From a virus (Duplodnaviria; Caudoviricetes): a stretch of 64,000 nucleotides of DNA. The position numbers and the translations under genes are program-made. Of the stretch, positions 62,649-64,000 are shown piece by piece. The first letter of the stretch is position 1. The number at the start of each line of letters is the position of its first letter. The notes under the pieces were generated by a model. It had not been told where the DNA came from, ran no database searches, and saw only the letters and a list, made by a program, of their open reading frames with translations. The stretch lies in the IMG/VR virus record IMGVR_UViG_3300021400_000063; one strand, 5' to 3'.

Positions 62649-64000
62649 ATGGATAAAATGTCTGAAGAAATGAAGACTGAAAAAGACTTCATTGAGAAGA
62701 TGGAAGCTTCTAGTGTTCCTAAAGAAGCAATTCCTACAAAATCCGAAGCTGATATCGAACGTGAAAATCTTCAAATGGAAATGATGATTAAATCTAAAGA
62801 AGAATCTAAAGATGCATTCAATGAAGAAAAAGAAGATACTCCACGTGTAACTATCGATGAATTACAAGCTTCACCTGTTACTTCAGAAGCATTACACAAT
62901 CTTAGTAAAGATGCTAAGATTTCAAATACTGAACCTGAAATAACACATATTAATCTTGAAATTACAGCTAAACGTCCTACTGACGATGCTCCTTGGGCTG
63001 AGGAACAAACTCCAATTCAAGAAGAAACTCCTGTAGTTAAAGACGAACTAATTGTTGAAGAAAAAGAAAATAAGAAAGAAGAATCTCCTAAAGAAGAAAT
63101 TAAAGAACCTAAACCACAGGTTGTTTCTAAACCTAAAGTTGAAAAAGAAGTTTCTGTTGTATCTGCTGCAGAAGCCGCAGTTATTAAAGAAACAGAAGAA
63201 GAAAAATCACAGCTTGGAAAAGAAATAATTACCGATGATATGGATCAGCGTGTTCGTGAAGAAAACATTGAAATCAGAAAAGCTAATGAAGCTCGTCTTG
63301 GTGAAATAGATGATGATGAACTTACACCTGAAAAAGTAATCGATACATTCAATAATAACTATGAAGATTCTGAAGAAGTTAATAATTCCGATAATAAAGA
63401 AGTTGAAATTGTTGACGATTCTTCTGAAGATACAAAAGAAAAAGTAGAAGCTGCTATTGAAAAGGCTGCTGAAGAACCACGTGAACATAATTATTTTGGT
63501 GGCGATGGTGTACAAACAGCTTTCAAGCTTCGTACGGCTAAAGTAGCTAAAGTTCTTAGAAACATTAAACTTGAAGATACGAATTCTATTACAGCTACTG
63601 ATATTTCTAAGAAAACACAGAAAGAACAGCAGAATATTTATATGACTACAGTACTTCCAACACTGCAACCTAGTTATTCAGTTGTACCATTTGTTGTTTC
63701 TGGTGTAGTTATTACAATGACTGCTTTCCAATGGGTCGATATTAAAGATATTTGTAAGATCGACGAAAAGGTAGATGAACTCGATCCTTCTTCAGATGAT
63801 TACATTTATAATAAAAACCTTCTTTTCTTGGAAAAACGTGAAAAACAGATGGATATCTTCTATAAACATATTTATTCTGTATCTGGTTTTGAAAATAAAC
63901 CTTCTAAACATAAGTTGTTTGGTGAAATTATCAAATTCCCAGATTTCCAACAGTTATTCTTTGCTGCTTATGCTGCTACATTCCAGAAACCAACAACTAT
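62649..64000 (+). CDS. large protein with long acidic Glu/Lys/Pro-rich N-terminus, truncated by the window end
   Basis: AAGGAG SD and ATG at 62649; the frame appears open to 64000 (absent from the ORF track because there is no stop). Confidence 0.75.
   Translation, partial: MDKMSEEMKTEKDFIEKMEASSVPKEAIPTKSEADIERENLQMEMMIKSKEESKDAFNEEKEDTPRVTIDELQASPVTSEALHNLSKDAKISNTEPEITHINLEITAKRPTDDAPWAEEQTPIQEETPVVKDELIVEEKENKKEESPKEEIKEPKPQVVSKPKVEKEVSVVSAAEAAVIKETEEEKSQLGKEIITDDMDQRVREENIEIRKANEARLGEIDDDELTPEKVIDTFNNNYEDSEEVNNSDNKEVEIVDDSSEDTKEKVEAAIEKAAEEPREHNYFGGDGVQTAFKLRTAKVAKVLRNIKLEDTNSITATDISKKTQKEQQNIYMTTVLPTLQPSYSVVPFVVSGVVITMTAFQWVDIKDICKIDEKVDELDPSSDDYIYNKNLLFLEKREKQMDIFYKHIYSVSGFENKPSKHKLFGEIIKFPDFQQLFFAAYAATFQKPTT

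Noticed and set aside
295-63668. Many short alternative-frame and minus-strand ORFs in the track (e.g. 10846-11205, 50560-50910, 63207-63668, 2938-3282, 35541-35927)
   Set aside because: They are shadows of long genes with SD sites; they lack an RBS and have the F/I/L/S-rich composition typical of antisense AT-rich sequence.
1-64000. Stop-codon reassignment (alternative genetic code)
   Set aside because: Core genes are intact in the standard code, and TAA, TAG and TGA all end genes followed by a new RBS or overlapping start.
1-64000. CRISPR array, tRNA or rRNA genes
   Set aside because: No regularly spaced repeats or cloverleaf-like GC-rich segments were seen; intergenic gaps are short and explained by terminators and promoters.

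Overview
This very AT-rich (roughly 27% GC by eye), densely coding, almost entirely plus-strand window comes from a jumbo phage of the phiKZ/AR9 type, which encode their own multisubunit RNA polymerases. It uses the standard genetic code and strong AGGAG Shine-Dalgarno (SD) sites. Recognisable core genes are a RecA/UvsX recombinase, four split RNA polymerase subunits (one probably non-virion beta; probably virion beta'-N, beta'-C and beta-C), a GyrA-type topoisomerase II subunit, PhuZ-like tubulin, a divergent family-B DNA polymerase, a probable portal and several probable virion proteins. No tRNA, rRNA or CRISPR array was seen. Main observations: (1) A late operon in which unrelated cargo proteins (HAD hydrolase, P-loop kinase, membrane protein, unknown) share a 10-11 aa N-terminal tag ending in F-[S/A]-x-E, a candidate capsid-targeting and prohead-protease-cleaved leader. 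(2) A two-class promoter code: late (G/A/T)ACA-N6-TATA, similar to AR9, and early TATATATTATTATAATG. (3) Self-contained early gene cassettes dropped between terminators; one is flanked by a duplicated terminator and two share a covarying leader hairpin. (4) A dual-frame locus encoding two membrane/coiled-coil proteins from one RBS (spanin-like). (5) Tandem radical-SAM paralogs with an N-terminal Cys cluster. (6) An intein-like insertion in the beta subunit. (7) An antisense 22-aa basic peptide gene. All family assignments come from motif recognition, without database searches.
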